Below are positions 6,809-8,874 of a stretch of 8,874 nucleotides of DNA, in pieces; the stretch's first letter is position 1, and each line of letters opens with the position of its first letter. The notes beneath the pieces were generated by a model, which was not told where the DNA came from, searched no databases, and saw nothing but the letters and a program-made list of their open reading frames with translations. The stretch covers positions 1 through 8,874 of the IMG/VR virus record IMGVR_UViG_2531839481_000001; one strand, written 5' to 3'. Made by a program: the position numbers and the translations under genes. Source of the stretch: a virus (lineage: Monodnaviria; Loebvirae; Hofneiviricota; Faserviricetes; Tubulavirales; Inoviridae).

Positions 6809-6815
6809 TATTGTT

Positions 6816-8081
6816 ATGCGTTTATTTTTCATTGCTATCTTATTCACTTATTCTTTTTGCGTTTCTGCTGAGACTGTTAATCTTAATAATTCATCCGTTC
6901 GCTCATTTGTCCAGTGGTATTCATCAAAAACTGGCAAGCCCGTTATTGTTAACCCTGATGTTAAAGGAGCCGTAACGGTATTTAATGCTGATGTTAATCC
7001 CACAAATATTGATAATTTCTTTAAATCTGTACTGAATGCTAACGGATTTGTCATGCTTTCCGGCAATCCTGCGGTAGTCTCTTTGCCGTCAAAATTACCA
7101 TCACAGATGGCGTCAGACCTTGATGATGCTGATATTCGGCCTTATGACTCTTTCCCGTCTGAGCCATCTTATCAGTCAGCGCCAGTGGTGTTTACTGTCA
7201 GAAATTTTAAGCTGACAAAAGTAAGATCGTCTGATGTTCAACAACTGGTTAAAATTTATCTGGATTCTAATGGCGGTGGTAATGTTGTGGATTATCCAGG
7301 CAATAACTCCCTGATTGTTTCCGCACCTGACGAGCTGCTTCCCGTCCTTTCCGATTTCATCAATTCAGTGGATGTTGCCCGCGATCAGGTTTTGATTCAG
7401 TCGCTGATGTTTGAAACCAGTCTGTCGGATGGTGTTGATTTGTCGTTTGCAGCCGGTTCTGCATCCGGGCATAAAGTAGCAGGGGGTTTTAATACTTCAG
7501 CGTTGGGTAGCGCGTTGTCGACTGCAGGCGGCTCTTTTGGCATTTTTGATGGTAATGTTCTGGCCGTATCCCTGCGTGCGGTGCAGAGTAACTCCCGGTC
7601 TAAGGTGATTTCAACGCCTCGGATTCTTACTCAGTCTGGTCAGACAGGCTATATTTCTGTTGGTAAAAATGTACCCTTTATCACGGGTAAAGTTACGGGT
7701 GAATCTGCCGGGGTAAATAATCCGTTTCAGACCATTGAGCGTCATGATGTTGGCGTATCTCTGAAGGTGACGCCTGTTGTTATGGGGAACGGCCAGCTTG
7801 TACTTACTATTGATACCCGCGCTGATTCCATCAGCAACGATGATCAGGCATCTGATATTATTACGAACCAACGTCAGATACAGACTACAGTTCAGATTAA
7901 GGATGGCCAGACGCTCTTACTCGGTGGGCTGATTGATTCATCATCCAGCAATGCTGACCGTTCTGTACCGTTTATCAGTAAAATTCCGGTGATTGGCTGG
8001 CTTTTCAGGAGTAAAGCTGACAGTAATGAGCAACGTATTATGTATGTCCTGCTGACCGCTCATATTATTCGCGCGCTTTGA
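6816..8081 (+). CDS. gIV: Outer-membrane secretin pIV
   Basis: Start at ATG 6816 (AGGAG at 6801-6805) gives a signal peptide MRLFFIAILFTYSFCVSA. Strong similarity to recalled M13 pIV (…SVGKNVPFITGKVTGESAGVNNPFQTIER… versus M13 …SVGQNVPFITGRVTGESANVNNPFQTIER…). The ORF-track start at 6723 is an in-frame extension overlapping gI. Confidence 0.95.
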   Translation: MRLFFIAILFTYSFCVSAETVNLNNSSVRSFVQWYSSKTGKPVIVNPDVKGAVTVFNADVNPTNIDNFFKSVLNANGFVMLSGNPAVVSLPSKLPSQMASDLDDADIRPYDSFPSEPSYQSAPVVFTVRNFKLTKVRSSDVQQLVKIYLDSNGGGNVVDYPGNNSLIVSAPDELLPVLSDFINSVDVARDQVLIQSLMFETSLSDGVDLSFAAGSASGHKVAGGFNTSALGSALSTAGGSFGIFDGNVLAVSLRAVQSNSRSKVISTPRILTQSGQTGYISVGKNVPFITGKVTGESAGVNNPFQTIERHDVGVSLKVTPVVMGNGQLVLTIDTRADSISNDDQASDIITNQRQIQTTVQIKDGQTLLLGGLIDSSSSNADRSVPFISKIPVIGWLFRSKADSNEQRIMYVLLTAHIIRAL

Positions 8082-8082
8082 T

Positions 8083-8120
8083 GGGGCCGTGGCGGGTGCG
8101 TTAAGCCCCGGTACGGCCCC
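8083..8120 (+). other. GC-rich extended stem-loop immediately after the gIV stop; candidate gene-IV terminator / packaging-signal-type hairpin of the intergenic region
   Basis: GGGGCCGT (8083-8090) pairs with ACGGCCCC (8113-8120); inner CGGG/CCCG adds a further 4 bp; no U-tract follows, so classification as a pure intrinsic terminator is uncertain. Confidence 0.45.
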
Positions 8121-8230
8121 AGCAAGAGCCGGATTTTACGTCTCACCACGGAGCCTCTATATGGCCTTAAAACTGACAGGATATGAACAGAAAGACATCT
8201 TCTAGGTGATTCAATTACTTAGAGGTTTTT

Positions 8231-8479
8231 ATGTCTGTAAAAAGCAGGGTACGCGACCGCCTTCCCAGTGGTCATCTGAAGTCTTATCGACGTGTTGGTT
8301 CACACTTTACCAGTTGTTCCAGATGGTTTGATAAATCGCCGTCCTGGTATCGTAATATGATGTTGACCCGACCGGAACGCCGTGAAGTCAGAAAGCTTCT
8401 TAATCAGGTCTTGCATGGTCGTGATGCTGACGGTATAGCATTTCCTGTCAGTAACAAGCCGTTTGCATGGTGGTGGTGA
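8231..8479 (+). CDS. Hypothetical small basic Arg/Trp-rich protein (82 aa), unknown function
   Basis: ATG at 8231 preceded by AGAGG with 5-nt spacing; no similarity to Ff proteins that I recognise; lies in the region that is non-coding intergenic DNA in Ff phages. Confidence 0.35.
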   Translation: MSVKSRVRDRLPSGHLKSYRRVGSHFTSCSRWFDKSPSWYRNMMLTRPERREVRKLLNQVLHGRDADGIAFPVSNKPFAWWW

Positions 8480-8858
8480 ACTTTTTAGCCGCTAAAATTT
8501 AATACTTACGAAGTTATCGTAAACGCCGGTCAGTGACAAAACTCGTTTTGTTGCTGTCCGGGGTTGGCCAAGCCGTACAGTTTTCATTTTGAGTGTTATG
8601 GCTGATTCGGCGCGGCAGTGTTCATCTTGTCTGGAATTGGTGTCTTTAGCGCTGGGGAAGTTTTCATGTATCAGGTACAGATTTACCAACTGCAACTGGA
8701 TGAACAGGCCTGATTGGTGAGGTCAGGCCGTTCACTTACTGCTGACAGGCATTTGATTCTGATTCGTTTGGAGAAACGGATAATTTTGAATCATTGTCGA
8801 TAGTAACCAGTTGACGGCCAGTGTCAACGATTCCAGCCAGATTCCTTCTGATCCCATA

Positions 8859-8874
8859 TTGGTGCGCATAATGT
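8859..8874 (+). other. Second copy of the dif XerC arm (TTGGTGCGCATAATGT), truncated by the window edge; attR / chromosomal dif candidate
   Basis: Identical to positions 1-16; contains GGTGCGCATAA + TGT of E. coli dif. Confidence 0.7.

Larger units (their letters stand above)
1..8874. mobile_element. Filamentous phage (Inoviridae, Ff/IKe-like) prophage or replicative-form genome bounded by dif-like sites; candidate Xer-exploiting integrative element
   Basis: Complete Ff-type gene order II/X-V-VII-IX-VIII-III-VI-I/XI-IV on + strand; identical 16-mer TTGGTGCGCATAATGT at 1-16 and 8859-8874 containing the E. coli dif XerC arm; total size about 8.9 kb is typical for inoviruses. Confidence 0.85.

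Noticed and set aside
6723-6815. Upstream in-frame extension of the gIV ORF overlapping gI
   Set aside because: Homology and the signal peptide begin at ATG 6816, which has a proper AGGAG RBS; the extension lies within the gI coding region.
6848-7871. - strand ORFs (72 and 86 aa) inside gIV
   Set aside because: Embedded antisense within the well-supported secretin gene.
8481-8497. Palindrome TTTTAGC-c-GCTAAAA after the 82-aa ORF as an intrinsic terminator
   Set aside because: The symmetry leaves a 1-nt centre, and any realistic hairpin has only a short AU-rich stem, too weak for a terminator.
8492-8695. - strand 67-aa ORF in the post-gIV region
   Set aside because: No convincing RBS and it overlaps predicted hairpin structures; more likely non-coding.

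Overview
The window appears to be one complete filamentous phage (Inoviridae) genome, either an integrated prophage or a linearised replicative form. All homology calls below come from reading the ORF translations against remembered Ff (M13/f1/fd) and IKe proteins; no database search was run. The + strand carries the canonical Ff gene order: gII (with nested gX), a gene-V-position protein, gVII, gIX, gVIII, gIII, gVI, gI (with nested gXI) and gIV. An XRE-type HTH repressor is transcribed divergently from gII across a 57-bp palindromic control/origin region. Both window ends carry the identical 16-mer TTGGTGCGCATAATGT, which contains the exact XerC-binding arm of E. coli dif. At the left end this site is paired with an inverted, degenerate copy around a perfect hairpin, the architecture expected of a CTX-phi-type forked ssDNA attP for XerCD integration at dif. 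Between this att structure and the repressor sits an AT-rich two-gene cargo on the - strand: a 309-aa protein with a C-terminal HEPN-like Rx5H motif (AbiJ/Abi_C-like abortive-infection candidate, TTG start with strong RBS) and a 140-aa four-helix membrane protein. This cargo is the most interesting candidate for an undescribed phage-borne defence or exclusion module. An unexplained 82-aa Arg/Trp-rich ORF lies in the roughly 780-bp region between gIV and the att site.
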